DNA of 64,000 nt from Mytilus californianus (Eukaryota): contig NW_026262666.1 of NCBI RefSeq assembly GCF_021869535.1, positions 7,192,001 to 7,256,000 on the forward strand. Reading direction: 5' to 3'. Within the stretch, counting starts at the first letter, position 1. Each line of letters opens with the position of its first letter. The notes beneath the pieces were generated by a model that worked only from the letters and a program-made list of their open reading frames with translations, was not told the DNA's origin and did no database searches. Position numbers and translations under genes: made by a program. Shown piece by piece: positions 1 to 14,063 of this stretch.

Positions 1-59
1 TTGCTTTTTTATTACGACTTCATCCCATTTACGGTGCGCCAACTTTTCCAAAAACATGA

Positions 60-520
60 CCAGCGAACATCCTTAATTCTAAAATTTCAAAAATGACGTA
101 GGTTAAGTATTTACAACAGAGACTGCATAAATGTGCGTCTGAAAAGAATAGTAATGTGCGATGTGAACTGGTACAATCCTAAAATTTCACAGGTGACGAA
201 AGTAAAGTTATTACAACAGAGACTGCATAGAAATACATTCGGTTTGAATAGCATAGACAGATTTGAGCTACTAAAGATTCAAATTTGACGAAGGTAAAGT
301 AATTACAACAGAGGATGCGTATTTACACATCCAAAATGAATAGCTGGTATAATTTCTTAATTTTGATTTAGACAAAGGTTAAGTTATTACACCGTGGCTG
401 CGTATCTATCTAGCCCAAATGAATAGCACCCGTGAATTTAAACTGGCATATTTCTAGAATTTCAGAGTTGACAAAGGTAAAGGAATAGCAACAGGGACTG
501 CATAGTAATACAACCTAAAT
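60..520. repeat. Degenerate ~95-100-bp tandem repeat, ~5 copies
   Basis: The motif aaggt(t/a)aagt(t/a)attacaacagagactgcat recurs near 100, 200, 290, 375 and 475. Confidence 0.8.
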
Positions 521-2143
521 GAAAAACAGATTTTTCTGAATAAGTTATATAAAATGCTGCGGAAAACTAGTTTTGAGTACTAGACCTTCGCCTTTCAAAA
601 CTAATTCAATAAAATATGAGAATTGCATCGGCTTTATAAAATATAAAGCAGTACAGGAAAAAGGACCGAAACAGAAATGGAGATTCCGCCAACCAATCTA
701 GACCCTCTCATTTGCATTTAGTTTACTTTACATGATTTAAATGAATATATCTTTTTTTAACATTCATCGTCATATAACAGTTAAGAGTTTTTTTAGATTA
801 CTGTTTTATTAACACAATTAGGAAATGTTAAAAGTCAAGGTACAGTAAATAGCGAAATACTATTTTAAATATAATTTCTTAAAATCATCAAATCTTCGAT
901 TACAAATGCACAGATTTTTCTTAAAATGTGATATGTGGTTCATACATACATTTCCATTGTACAAATAGTCAAAAATAATGGGGTGTTGTAGGTGAAAAAA
1001 AAAACCCCAAAAAAAAAAGCCGTAAAAGGTATATTTTTAACATTTTTCACCATAAACTAGGTAACAGATTGGTAAATACATTAATAACCTAGTCGGATAC
1101 CCTACGATTTAGAATCACAACAACAATATAAATGTTAGAAAGATACTGCGATGAATTTCAAATACAATTTGATTAAGCAACTTCCTAATATATCAGTCTG
1201 TTTCACCATTAATGAAAAGTATCATATAATTAAACAAAAAAGAAACCAATCAACACAAATATGTTAATATCCAAAGGACCAAAATAGGACACCTGCACAT
1301 TTTATTGGGTACACTATCACTTTGGTAATAGTAACTGATATTGATCAACACAAATAAAAACAGAAATAAAGTAACTAATAATATACATACCAGACAAAGC
1401 TACTTTTGAATGCACCAAAACTGTATAGTTGAACGTTTACTAAAACGAAGGCTTCTTTAGTAAAAAGATGTTTTAAACTTGTAAAATCTACTTTTACTTT
1501 CGTTTGTGTGTAATTCACATTTTTTGAAAGATTCATTTGAATAAAAGTTTTTAATTCGCATAAAAGCATTAACACACTAGTAGTGTTTATACTTTTTAAA
1601 CTGTTACTTAGTAATACCAATATTAAACGTAAATTATGCATACATATATGATATAATTATTTATACGACAAACCTAACCAACAAAAAAAACAGGAATGAA
1701 ACAAAAATGAAAAAATGTCAAATTGGTAAAAAAACTTACTAAAAACACAAGACATATAATTCAATACGACATATGCGCGTTTCATTCTACATAATATTGA
1801 TTTATTACACACAAGCAAAATAATCATATCAATTTGAAGAAGAAAATAAAATAAAAGGAAAAAAAAAACAGAAAAATTATTGTGTCAGGAATTCAAAGTT
1901 TCTGCATGATTCCCATCGTAGTAATAAATGTTCTATTACACATTGTTAATATATAATAGATGGATATACATGTACATAAAGATAACTCGAAGAAAACAGT
2001 TTTAAAAGACAATCTCAAAGCACAGAATAATTATGGTAGAAATATTCAAGGAAACAAGTTTTGTCAAAATAAAAAGCATATTTTCAAAACATTATTTGAA
2101 ATTCGAATATAAGCTGGCAAATCAAAAGTCTTTTTTACAATAG

Positions 2144-2435
2144 ACTTTTAACTCCGGATTATACAATTTTTCGACAGGTTACCTTCTCTGTGGTAGGACA
2201 TATTGGTACTCGGTCAAGTAAGAGCAACCAAATGAAGAAGACATTGAATATATAATCGGTAACAAGGTAACTGTTTTTCGAAGATTGTGTTGTGGATAGA
2301 AAACACAAAACAGTTGACTTCCTCCCACAATTGTACACGTTGAATACTTTATTTTATTTATTTACTTTGCTCTGACTGGACCGAGTACCAGGATATCCTA
2401 TCCTGTCGAAAAATAAAAATTCCGGAGTCAAAAGT
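2144..2435. mobile_element. ~290-bp foldback/MITE-like element with long imperfect TIRs
   Basis: acttttaactccgga...tttttcgacagg pairs with cctgtcgaaaaa...tccggagtcaaaagt. Further in, ggtactcggtc pairs with gaccgagtacc. Confidence 0.75.
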
Positions 2436-3525
2436 TGAAAATATAAAAATAGTTTATTTCGACAATATTCTAACTACGAACGAATCCGAAACCGAAAGGT
2501 AAATCAAATGTAAAAAATCAATTTCTAATTAAAATCAAACACTTAATAAATAAAATAAAATCAAGGCGTTTATTGCTTGTTTGTTAAGTGCGTGTTTAAT
2601 GAATACATCGTTTATAATCTTTTCGATAATTATTTTTTCTTCTAGTTTGATAAAAAAAATTAAAAAAGAAAAAAAAAAAAGACAGAGCAATAATTTTGAG
2701 TTGTCATGCACAACAAAAAATGCATACCCGTTTTCAGGCGTAAAACAGGCATTTTACGTATGTTTTGAAATATACTTAAAACGCATATTGAGGACCACGC
2801 ATGTAAAACGCTTGGTAGAAACGTATGAATTTACGCATGTTAAACACACGTAATATGTAATTAAATAATATCCTGTCATATAAGTTCCGAAGGAACATAT
2901 TTTATAGAAATGAATGAATAAGTTCCGCTCAAACCTATTTCACAGAAAATAAGTACCTTAAAGTTTGTAATATATTTCACAGTGTAACATTTTTTTGTTA
3001 CACTTAAATGATAATCAATGCAAGCTGGATGCTGTACTGTGCTTGCATGGGATAAATTTGCAATCGAAGCCAAGGCATGACTGAAACACTAGACGGAGAA
3101 TAGAAATAAAAGCAATGGTAATGTATCACAATTTTTATTTGTGTATGCTTTATGTTGTTTTCCTCATTGTTTCCTGTTAACTGTCATGGGCGTTCTAGTC
3201 ATACTAAGGTTATGGAACATTTTCAAAATACTCTTGCGTTTGTCTTTTGTTTCTACATGTCTTTTAATTAATTGATCAGCCAAGTTGTCCTTTTCAACTT
3301 AGTACAAATGTTCATCTTTAATTATATTTTTTTATCTGAGTCTTATCTTTTCTGACTCGTTAGTGTCATTTGGGTATTTTTTAATCGAATATTTGATTAA
3401 ACATTTGCTATACTTCACATGATCCATATTGCATGTATACACTTGTTTTTATAATGTCCTCGAATGATAACGTTAAACTCACTGATGTCAAATGTTTAGT
3501 ATTAAAGAAAACTTGTATAAACAGT

Positions 3526-3727
3526 GGAACATATTTCACAGACAAGGAACTTATTTCACCAGATAAGGAACAACTCTCATAAACCCGGAATTTATTTTAC
3601 CAGGTAAGGAACAAATCTCACAGATCAGGAACTTATTTCACCAGGTAAGGAACAAATTTCACAAACCCAGAACCTATTTCACCTGGTTTAGTCCGGAACT
3701 TATTTTATAGAGATGGAACAAATTATA
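3526..3727. repeat. ~20-bp minisatellite (ggaac(a/t)(a/t)atttcac)
   Basis: About 10 units. Related motifs also occur near 2880-2950 and 3760-3820. Confidence 0.8.
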
Positions 3728-4059
3728 TAGTCTAAGAAATTATCTGTGAAAAAAGTTCTCCCAGAACATATTTCCTGTGATATTTATTCCACTGGAACTT
3801 TTTTCACAGGAACAAATTTTGGCTCACACTTTCAGTATTGTAAATACTGCCGTTTAAAGACATTAATGTCCGGACTTGGAAATAGGCAAACCCGAACAAA
3901 AATAAACTATAAGATTAAACGTTATAGGTACCAAAATTGTACCTATCTTGACAGTTTTTTTCCACTTTCGTCTTTTGAAGAAACAGACCATTCCGTGTTT
4001 ATTTTCTTGATGTATCCTTATTTACTTTAAAGTTCCACATAATTTTTGAAACCATACCG

Positions 4060-4215
4060 AGCAGGGGGGGATCTAGCAATTTAAAAAAGGGGGAGTCCCC
4101 AACCCAGGAGTAAAGGGAGGGGGTCCAACCATATGTCTCCATTCAAATGCATTGATCGTCCAAAAAAGGGGGTAAAACTCCTGGACGCCCCCCCCCCCCC
4201 CCCCCACACTTGATA
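4060..4215. mobile_element. Degenerate G/C-tract MITE-like repeat
   Basis: gcagggggggatctag...ccattcaaatgcattgatcgtccaaaaaaggggg...poly-C. G-rich left end and C-rich right end. Confidence 0.5.
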
Positions 4216-7200
4216 CCTCCGATACACAAAAAAATAAACCGATCCTATGTATACTAACGATTCCAGATTCTGAAATGAGCTGAGGATTCGTGCTTCACAA
4301 AACATTTGTAAAATTCGAATGACTGGTGTTTTTTAATTCAACAATTGGACAATACTCTTGCTTGTTATGTGTTTCGTATGAAATGAATGTCTATGGCATC
4401 TTTTAATGTTATCCATGATATTGATAAGTAGACAAGAGTGGCATGCAGCTTCTACGCAAAATTAACTTTTTTACTTTGGACTTTTTCTGTTTTTATGACT
4501 GTTTTGTGTATATTAAAGTATTATTTACTTTAATATGTTGAAAACGTGCATATTGGCAAAGTATAAGAGCAAAAAGCATATACATATGTATATTAGCCGA
4601 ATAAGGGAAAACAGTTGAAAATAAAAAGTTATAAAGTTTAAATTCGGATTGATTATCAGAGTAATAGCCTAAAATAACACTTTTGGCTATATACTGGATA
4701 CACTGAGACCTTGCCCTGATTCCACTGAGTTAGTCTGAGTTTTATCAATATTCAAATATGTACGACAGGGGCAGCAGCATCCAAGTTTTTTGAAAGGGGA
4801 ACCGATATTGTAGAAGACTAAAAACAAATGGACGATTTTATACTAAAAACTGATATATCATAAGTCTCCAATCAAAGGGGGCGTATGCCCTCTACGCCCC
4901 CTCTGAATCCAAAGAAATATTTACGAACATTACACACTCATTCGTTTTTAATTGAGGCAAAATGAATAAAGATAAACATAAAGAAGAGCAATTATTTGTT
5001 GTTAGGTTACTGTCTCATAAACGTATTAACCCATATCTCCTCTATTCATATTTAAACTTTAGTATGACAGTTGTTTCAGTTTCTAAAAGAGTGTCAAGAC
5101 AAATGGCAAATCTGGAGAATTTCTGAAAGTATTCGCCCTTAATCATTCACAATTAAGAGGGCTTGAGGTCACAATAAACATTTTTTGCTTTTGAGCCCAG
5201 TTCACTTCCATGACGACCATCCATTTTCTACTCTGTATGATTTATGATTAGTAATAAAGGCATAAAAAGATAAAAGAAATTGTTGCAAATATTGGACAGT
5301 TCAAAAGATCCGTCAACGTAAACAAAAAAAAAACAGTCCCCAGAAATGTATGTACTAACTGTGAATATAAACTGAATAAATTAAAATATGGCCATGCGAA
5401 TATCACACCCACATGTCGTTCTTGTTAAATGATAACAGAGAAACCAAAGTGGGATCTAGTGGGGAGAGTTTATTGAGTAACATAATTATATGATAAATAA
5501 ATAGACTTTTTACCAGAATCACTCCAAACGTCGGCTTGCCAGAAACCCCATTAAATTTGAAAATCCTGTATCTTGCAATATAAACATTAAAAAAAAAAAA
5601 AAATTAAAAAAAATTGAAGCCTAGTTTTTGAAGGAAAGACAGAGCTCTGAATAATTTATAAATTATGTCATTCTTTACTTAAAATTTTGTTGCCACTTGG
5701 CCACTCCGGCTTGTAATATTTCTGTCTTTTGTGCCTTACAGGTGGAAGTGGGATTGGGGCGCAGTTCATGTTCAATGCTTTTGTGTGGTAGGGATGTTTT
5801 AGCTCAGACATTCCATACCCCATTCCTTAATATATTTTGAATAACAAAAATATATTCCCTATCATATGTTTTGAAAAAATACCTTTAACTATGATGATTA
5901 CGCCATTTCATGGAGAAACATAATTCAAACTTACAAATATCTGATGCATTTACAACAGAGGTTTTAATAGCAACAGTTTCAACAGTTACTTGGTTCTATC
6001 AGCAATCTTTTTTTAACAATGCCAGGATATTTTGAACATCCTGCTACCCCTACCCGTATGTCCCAATAATATTTGTAAAAATCCTTGATAAGTTGATAAA
6101 GGTAGACATATTATACACTACAACGTATATACACAAGAAAAAACACTCGCCCTTTAAAAATTGAGACAGACAGTTATTCAATGAAACGCATAGATAGATC
6201 AGAGCATCTTTGTAATTGCTTACTTGCTAAAGTTGAGGATGAGCTTTATTTTTTTATCATAAGAGAAGAATTTTTTAATGCGATTCTAACATGTGTTATA
6301 ATTTTAAAAACTTGAATAAATCGTCCAAATTTTTAAGGTTCTTGACACAAGAAAATGTATCTCTTAGGGAAAAATGGACTGTTCATGATATTGGCGAGTG
6401 TTTTGTATTCAGGAGATCAGGTCTGATAACTATTAAAGTAATTTTTATAACAAATACATAATTATAATGTACTTTTTATCTTATTGTGCATTCATTATTT
6501 ACATGGTTGATGGCTGTGATTCCTGATCAATGTTAATAAACTAAAAATACATGTACACTGTGATGTTTATAATTGTAATTATCAATCAGTACGTCAATCA
6601 ATTGTAACCTATTTTGATGCTCTTTATGGGTCCTGTAATTTGGGAAATAAGATAATATACACACACTATACATTATAATACGTCTATGGTAATGCTAATT
6701 GATTTGCTGATAATTTTTGAGTGACTTTAATTTTTTTTAACTTGTTCTGTGTTTCAAATTATCACTTACTGAACAGGTATAATATTGTTTTCATATTTTT
6801 CTTTCCTCAGCATATGTCGGCAAAAAGCTCTACGGGGCTTATGTTTGTAATGATCATGAAACCCCGAGTTATTAAGTTAAAATAGAATAGAAATTTTCTA
6901 TTCTATTCTATTCTATTCATATAAAAACTTATATGCAGAGGCTACGATTCGCTCCCCTGTATCAATTTATCCCTGCATTGGAAGAAAAACAAAGAATCAA
7001 GTAGGGTTGTTGTTATTCCACCTACATATAACAGAGAAACTTCCTTTGTTCTGAATTTATAAATATTATACATGATTGTTAGAATGTTTACGTTACCTGA
7101 AAATTTCCACATGCATTTTAAAAATTCTTGATTCACATGTATTTAATGTGTAAAAGTCAAGTTTTAATAGTACATGTGATAGGTTTTTAAAAAGAGGATG

Positions 7201-9849
7201 TTGTACTAAAAATGTAAAAGGTTTAGCTTGAAAAATTAAACCTTAATGCCAATATTTAAGTTTGCAACATGCTGTTGTTACTTTTTTTATGAGCATAAAC
7301 AACCTTTATAAATATGATTTTTTAAAACTAAAAAACAATTGAAAATAAATTCTGTGACAAAAATAACATGACCAATTTGCTGTGAAATTCACTTGAAAAT
7401 AGATGTTAAATAGATGTTGAATAAGTTTGATTTGAAAAAAATAGGCTGCGTAAAACAAACATATTAAATGAAAACATTTGTAAAACACATGTAAATTATC
7501 AGTTTTAAGTGCGTTTTTAAAACATACGTTTACACGTACGTTATGTATTACGCCCGTTTCAAAACTGGCGTTTTACACCTGTTTGTGTACAGCCGTTAAA
7601 CGTATGTTGGCTAAAACATGCGTATTTCATATGTAAAATGTATGTTTTATGGACCTTTCTTAATGTGTAAATATATGTTCTTACATGTTTTATACATTGT
7701 ACATACCAAATACTTAGTACGATATGAAGTAGTTTGAATAGCTATGAAAAATTGAGAATTTGAGGTCTTCAGAAGGAGGAAGAGTGAAATTTTCGAAGTG
7801 GACGAATCTACAGTCTTTTATTTCATAAACACAATTTCCTGATATTAGTATACATTTTGTAATAATAATCATTGATTTCTTTTTAACGAAAAGGCATTAT
7901 AGCTTTTGTAGTGTTGATTTGGTTTCTTAGAAAGTAAGAAACATGTTTAAATATATATTTTCAGGAAAAACAATTGTATTTCAACTTCATGAGTTCACAC
8001 ACTTGTTCTTTCGTTTACTTATTTTTAAACTAAATGATGTAAAAATGTTAAATATGTCTATAACTCCAATTTACCTGAAATTTTTGTGTTTGTTAAAATT
8101 TAAGGTAAAGTCATTACGGATCACAATTTCATTCATCTGCCATTTTCCATGATTTGGGGATTTCCTATGTATGTCTCAATCATTCTTAATAATCTTTTTT
8201 TCCAGAAGTCTATTAATCACGAAATCATATTGCTTGGAAAACAAAGAACTTGTAATTTGTAACATATTTTCAATATTGTAACTACTGACATTACATTCAT
8301 AGTATTCATGTTTCTCTGGGTTTTGATTAGGTCTTTTTTTAGTTATAAAGTGTTTCGGTTCCTATACATCCTTGGCTATCAAATATTAAGCTATTATCAT
8401 TCCTGATGGATGTAATCCAGAAAAGCGCCTCAGACGCATGCTTATAACTCATTAAAATAAAAAACCACAGCAAGTTTTAAGATTGGTCACACAAGGTGCA
8501 AATTCATATGCAAACAGGCAAATTCGTGGCTTCTTGTATGAGTAAGTTTTAGCTTGTGCCCTTTTATAAATGAATCTATTTAATGGATAATAATTGTTTG
8601 AACAAGTTTATTTGAAATGGTTTGAGATTTCTACATTCAATATTAAAAGCAAAGCTTATTCAAAAGTTTTTTTAATAAATTGTTTATTTTTTCGCAAAGA
8701 TTTAGAGCAAATAAAATTGATCTAATCATATAAAAAACGTAATTTTAGATTGAATGTTGATTTGATACCGGAATGTTATTTGTAGTCTTTATTACTGAAT
8801 ACACGGTCGGAATATCACATTCTAATATCAATTTAATAGTCCATGCAATGCTGTGTTATTCCTCCAGAGATATTATTAAGACTGATTGATAAAGCCAGAG
8901 GCGGAGATCTGTCTTATTGTATAGGCTCATGAAGTATATATTCTTTTTCCCATACGTGTGTCCTATGTTGCACGGGGTAAACATGATGGTATAAATAAGA
9001 AGATGTGGTGTGAGTGCCAATGAGACAACTGTACATTTAAGTGACAATGTGTAAAAAGTAAACAATTATAGGTCAAAGTCCGGCCTTCAACACGGAACCT
9101 TGGATCACACCGAACAGCAAGCTATAAAGGGCCCCGCACATGACTAGTGTAAAACCATTCAAACTGGAAAACCAACAGTCTAATCTATATATAAAACAAG
9201 AAACGAAAAACATATATAAACTTATGAGAATGTATTTCCTTAAAACTATATTTGAATATCATAATTTGCTTTATCAGTTTTGTGGCATTCTTATTCGATT
9301 GACTAAAGGAGAACACAAGAAAACAGCACACTTACATTTAGGAATTATTAAGGAGTTAAGGTTTCAACTCCCTCAGCCAGAGTTGACCTTAGATGGATCT
9401 CGCTATTTTTATAAAGTTCTGTAGGTCATATAGCTCTTCAACTGTTTCGGTTCTTATACATCCTTGACTTTCAAATATTCGGCTTTGAGAGTTCCTGACG
9501 AGGGTAAATCTCAAAATAATGGTAATGTATAAAGTGTTGTTTTCTTTTTTCAGTTCCTTCTCCTCGTTTAGCTAATATATAAAAAACTTCTCGACACTAC
9601 TGGAAAATAAAAAAAGTATACAATAAACACAAAAGTATACAATAAAAACAAAAAATAGTCAAAATTCATTTAAAAATATTAACAAATGAAAATATTTACA
9701 TTCGCTTTCAATGTTTAAATGAAATAATCATAGAATTTACTCCAGATTTCTAATCAAAGTTCAGAAATGATGGTTAAATATAAACAAGACTTAAATTGAG
9801 GTCACATGCAGTATAGGCAATTGACATACGAAATATACTTGATATTGAA

Positions 9850-10345
9850 AAGAAGATGTGGTATGCTTGCCAATGAGACAACTCTTCACAAGAGACCAAA
9901 TGATACGTAAATTAACAACGGTAGGTCACCGTACGGCCCTTAACAATAAGCAAAGCCCATACCGCATAGTCAGCTATAAAAGGTCCGAAATGACAAATGT
10001 AAAACAATTCAAACGAGAAGACTAACGGCCTAATATATGTACAAAATAATGAACTAAAACAGATATGTAACACAGCAACAAACGAAAACCACTGAACTAC
10101 AGACTCCTGACTTGGGACAGACACATACAGAATGTGGCAGGGTTAAACATTTTAGCGGGCGCTCAACCCTCACCTAACCTGGGACAGTGGTGTATCAGTA
10201 CAACATAAGAACGAACTATAAAATCAGTTGAAAAACACATCAGATGGATACATCTAACAAAACACAGAGTGGACATGGCCGGGTACTTGTACATCACAAA
10301 GACATAAAGACACTAAATACAGATCTGAGAGTACTCGCAGTTTCT
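9850..10345 (+). mobile_element. Abundant interspersed repeat (aagaagatgtggtatg...gccaatgagacaact family)
   Basis: Further copies lie at ~8998-9210, 11015-11110 and 40470-40740. Confidence 0.8.
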
Positions 10346-11654
10346 GACAGCAAGTTAAAAGCCAATAACAACATTATCTCATCTATAAATACAAAGAATA
10401 AAATGTAACTGAAAGAATATGCAGAGTGCCAATCTGCCTAAGAATCAGGCAGTGGTGAAAACATGACAAAAAAAAAAAAAAAACACTCAAATTGACAATA
10501 ATTTATGTTGAAAATGTACAATGGTGCACGAATATAATATTGGTTTCCTTTTCCTGTTCTGGTAATTCAACTTATAATTTGGTTGAAATGCATTAGAAAG
10601 TAGCAATTAAGGGGAGCTAACTTCATAATTTGCTATCATCCTAACCAAAAGTTATCTAGAGATTTCTCGAATTACCAGATATGCAGATATGAAAGACCTA
10701 CCATTTCTAACTCTGGATGAGGGTAACTTCAAAATAGGATGGTGGGTTTTTTCCGACCATGTTTTGATTTTATTCAAATTTGCCTGATTCTTATAAAGAC
10801 TGGCACTTAATTCTTGACACAAAGTCCTATGCACATTTAACACTACCGAAACCAAGGATACGCGATTTGATAACCATTTAAAGTCAAAGTGATGCCTTTA
10901 ACAAGAATCAAGAGTTCAAACTTTATTTCACGCCTAATACGTCTCCAAGAACATTAGTCTGGTGAAAATTCTTTGTTGAATTGGAACTATGCTCCATTTA
11001 ATTAAAAAAACAAGAAGAAGTGTATGATTGCCAATGAGACAACTTTCCACAATAGACCAAGTGACATAGAAGTTAACAACTAAAGGTCACCGTCACACGG
11101 CCTTCAATATTTGTTCATTTGTACATTAAAAAGAGCAAAGTTGCTTATCAAAACTTTGAAATCAGCGTAATAATTTGTAACACAAGTCAATGACGACGAT
11201 TCTGACGAAGGACATATACATTAAAACGCGACAGAGTTACACGACATTTGATTCGATAAGTAGAAAACTAGTTATACGGCCGTTATTTCATAGTTATATT
11301 GTTATGGTTTTTTTTAATGGTTCGCACTTACTAGGGAATGGTAACTGTGTCATTAGTCTATGTGAACAGTCTTATATTTACACGCTATAAATATTGCTTT
11401 TATGCAACTTGTTATTAATACGACGCAAATAATATTCCAAAAATAAATGTAATCGAACATGAGAACAACTTAACATTTTGAAACATTTTGTTCATGTATT
11501 TTGATAGAATTTAGATGAAAAATTGCGAAAAAAAAAAAAACCCCAAAAAAAACCCCAATAAAACATTAATTGTCCATTTCATGTAAAAACTTATCAAAGA
11601 TACTAGGTTTTTTAAATCAAAACTTAAATTTGAGAAAAGGTAGTACATAATTCT

Positions 11655-12956
11655 CAAAAAGGGGGGTTATGGCCACAACCGTTTAGGAAATAGGGGACAA
11701 AAAAAAGGTTTTCTTGTTCCGGACAATAATTAGAGTATAAGTCTATGGGTCTCTATGAAATTATACAACACGATTCCAAACCAGAAAAGGAAGGTTTGGA
11801 TTGATTGTTTTGGTTATGGCCCTAACCGTTTGCGAATCAGGGGCCGAAAAGAGGCCACCACAGTACTTTTCTAAATCTTTGTATAAATTGCTAATTTCTT
11901 GACCAAGTTCAATGGGCTTTAATTCAAAGTCTTGATTTCATGGGGATTTAAAATGGTAAATCTAACCGTGTATTTGGATTTTAAGTTTTGAGTCTCAAAT
12001 GTGTCCACATTAAGATCCAAAGGGTAAAAAAGTAAACTTTGTTTTATTTTTTACCAACATTGAATTCTCAGGTATCTTTGATATGCTGAAACTAACCTTG
12101 TGTTTTGATTTGTTTGATTTTTGTTTTCAAATCGGTTTCCATTAAGGCCCAAATGTTATTAAAAATTTAAACCTGCTTTGATTTTTACAGAAATTGAATT
12201 CTTTGGGTTCTTTGATATGCTGAATCTAGACATGCATTTGATTGTTTTGATTTTGGGTCCAGTTTTCAAGTTTGTCTAAATCGTGGTCCAAGATTAAACT
12301 ATTTTTACTTTGATTTCACCAAAAGTCTTATCCCGGGTTCTTTGATATGCTGAATGTAACCGTGTATTTTGATTTTTGATTGTTGGCTTCCTTGTACAAT
12401 TGGTACACATAAGGGTCAAAAGGGTCTGAAATTAAACTTAGTTTGATATCATCAAAAGAATGAATTCTTATGGTTCTTGATTATGATGAATCTAATTAGA
12501 TTTTTGATTTTCGACCCAGTTTTCAATTTGGTCCAAATCGGGGTCCAAAATGAAACTTTGTTTGATTTCAACAATTAGTAAATATATGGTTTCTTTGATT
12601 TGCTGAATCTAACCATGTATTTAGATTTTAACTTTTGGGCCTTGTTATCGAATTGGTCCACATTAATGTCCAAAGGTTTGATTGATTTCACCCACAATTA
12701 ATTCTTAGTTTTATTCTATTTGCTGAATGTAACCATGAACTTAAATTTTGGATATTTGACCATAAAAAGGCAAATGGCTAATTTTGACTTGTAAGTTCTT
12801 AGACCACATTCATTCTGTGTCAGAAACCTATACTTTGTAAATGTTTAATAACAATCCAAATTTAGAGTTGTATCAAGCTTGAATGTTGTGTCCATTCTTG
12901 CCCCAACTGGGTTCGCCTCTGCAGACGTATCAAGCTCCGCCCTGCAGAGCATTTTG
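11655..12956 (+). mobile_element. Non-autonomous element with an internal ~120-135-bp tandem array and a 3' GC-rich hairpin (Helitron/Helentron-like)
   Basis: About 6-7 repeats of ttctttgatatgctgaatctaacc. The terminal hairpin gctc-cgccctgca-gagc is at 12934-12950. Confidence 0.5.
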
Positions 12957-13549
12957 TAGTGAATTGAAAAGAATTAAACGTATTTTGTCTTTATATCTAG
13001 TATTTATTTTTACGGACAAACTTAGTTGATTGGCGATATAAATTGTTTATACACAAACAAATAAAAAAAAGATAATGTTCAAATCGTTAAATCTATTTTC
13101 CCTATGCTCTGTTTTACATATTAGTTATTTTTATGTTTTTTTCATTTCAAGTACCAAATGACTTTAGATGTAAATGTATGTAGAAAATCAGCAAATTCAA
13201 AATGCAATATCATTCTCTTTCAAATCATTTTATCCTTTAACACTGAAATGGTGACATTTTATTTATAGTTGCTATTTGGTTTCCTATATAAAAATCGAGC
13301 TGATATTAGTGAAAACGGTAGTCAGTTCAAACAATGAAATTCTGTTAAAATTACTAATACAATATCAATAGATTATGAGGTAATATTGTTTTCTACGCCG
13401 TATATGCAAATAGAGGCAACAGTATGATACCGTTGTTCAATAGCCGTAAATCGATTTAATGAAACAACTCTGAGTCACAAACCAAAACCGAGAGAAACAC
13501 ATCAACTGTAAGAGGAAAACAACGGAACAACAGAAACACTGACCTGTTA

Positions 13550-13591
<42 letters not shown>

Positions 13592-13828
13592 ACCAACATA
13601 CATAGTAACGGACTGATAAAAACTGCCATATTCATACGCCATTCTAGAATATTAACTGGAGTTAAAATGTGAGTTATTATGACAAAATCACAATATATAC
13701 CATAAACAAATAAAAATATTATGGCAGTTTTTCCCTATCATATGCATATGTGTGTCTGCGATTTTAACAAGGATATTCAGGTATGAGATTTGATACTTTT
13801 ATTGTGATATTTAAGTGGTGAATGTCAG

Positions 13829-14063
13829 TAAAATTGAGAATGGAAATAGGGAATGTGTCAAAAAGACAACAACCCGACCATAGAGCAGACAACAGCCGAA
13901 AGCCACCAATGGGTCTTCAATGTAGCGAGAAACTCCCGCACCCGCTGGCCCCTAAACAAATATGTATACTAGTTCAGTGATAATGAACGTTATACTAAAC
14001 TCCAAATTATACACAGGAAACTAAAATTAAAAATGATACAAGACTAACAAAGTCCAAAGGCTC
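13829..14063 (-). mobile_element. Short 3'-terminal fragment of the SECIS-bearing PLE family
   Basis: Begins at the same terminus (taaaattgagaatggaaat) and matches 18057-18305. Confidence 0.8.

Noticed and set aside
5740-6880. Exon-like stretches after strong acceptors at ~5742 and ~6811
   Set aside because: The frames are short, have no consistent phase or homology, and cannot be assembled into a gene model.
2720-7670. Two CpG-rich patches (about 2720-2855 and 7500-7660) sharing acgtatgttt/aaacatacgt motifs, possibly ends of one large element
   Set aside because: I could not establish a colinear inverted match or a target duplication.
13551-13590. 40-nt poly(A) tract
   Set aside because: It sits inside a repeat that has an A/T tract at the same position in another copy (57680-57690), so it is not a retrocopy tail.
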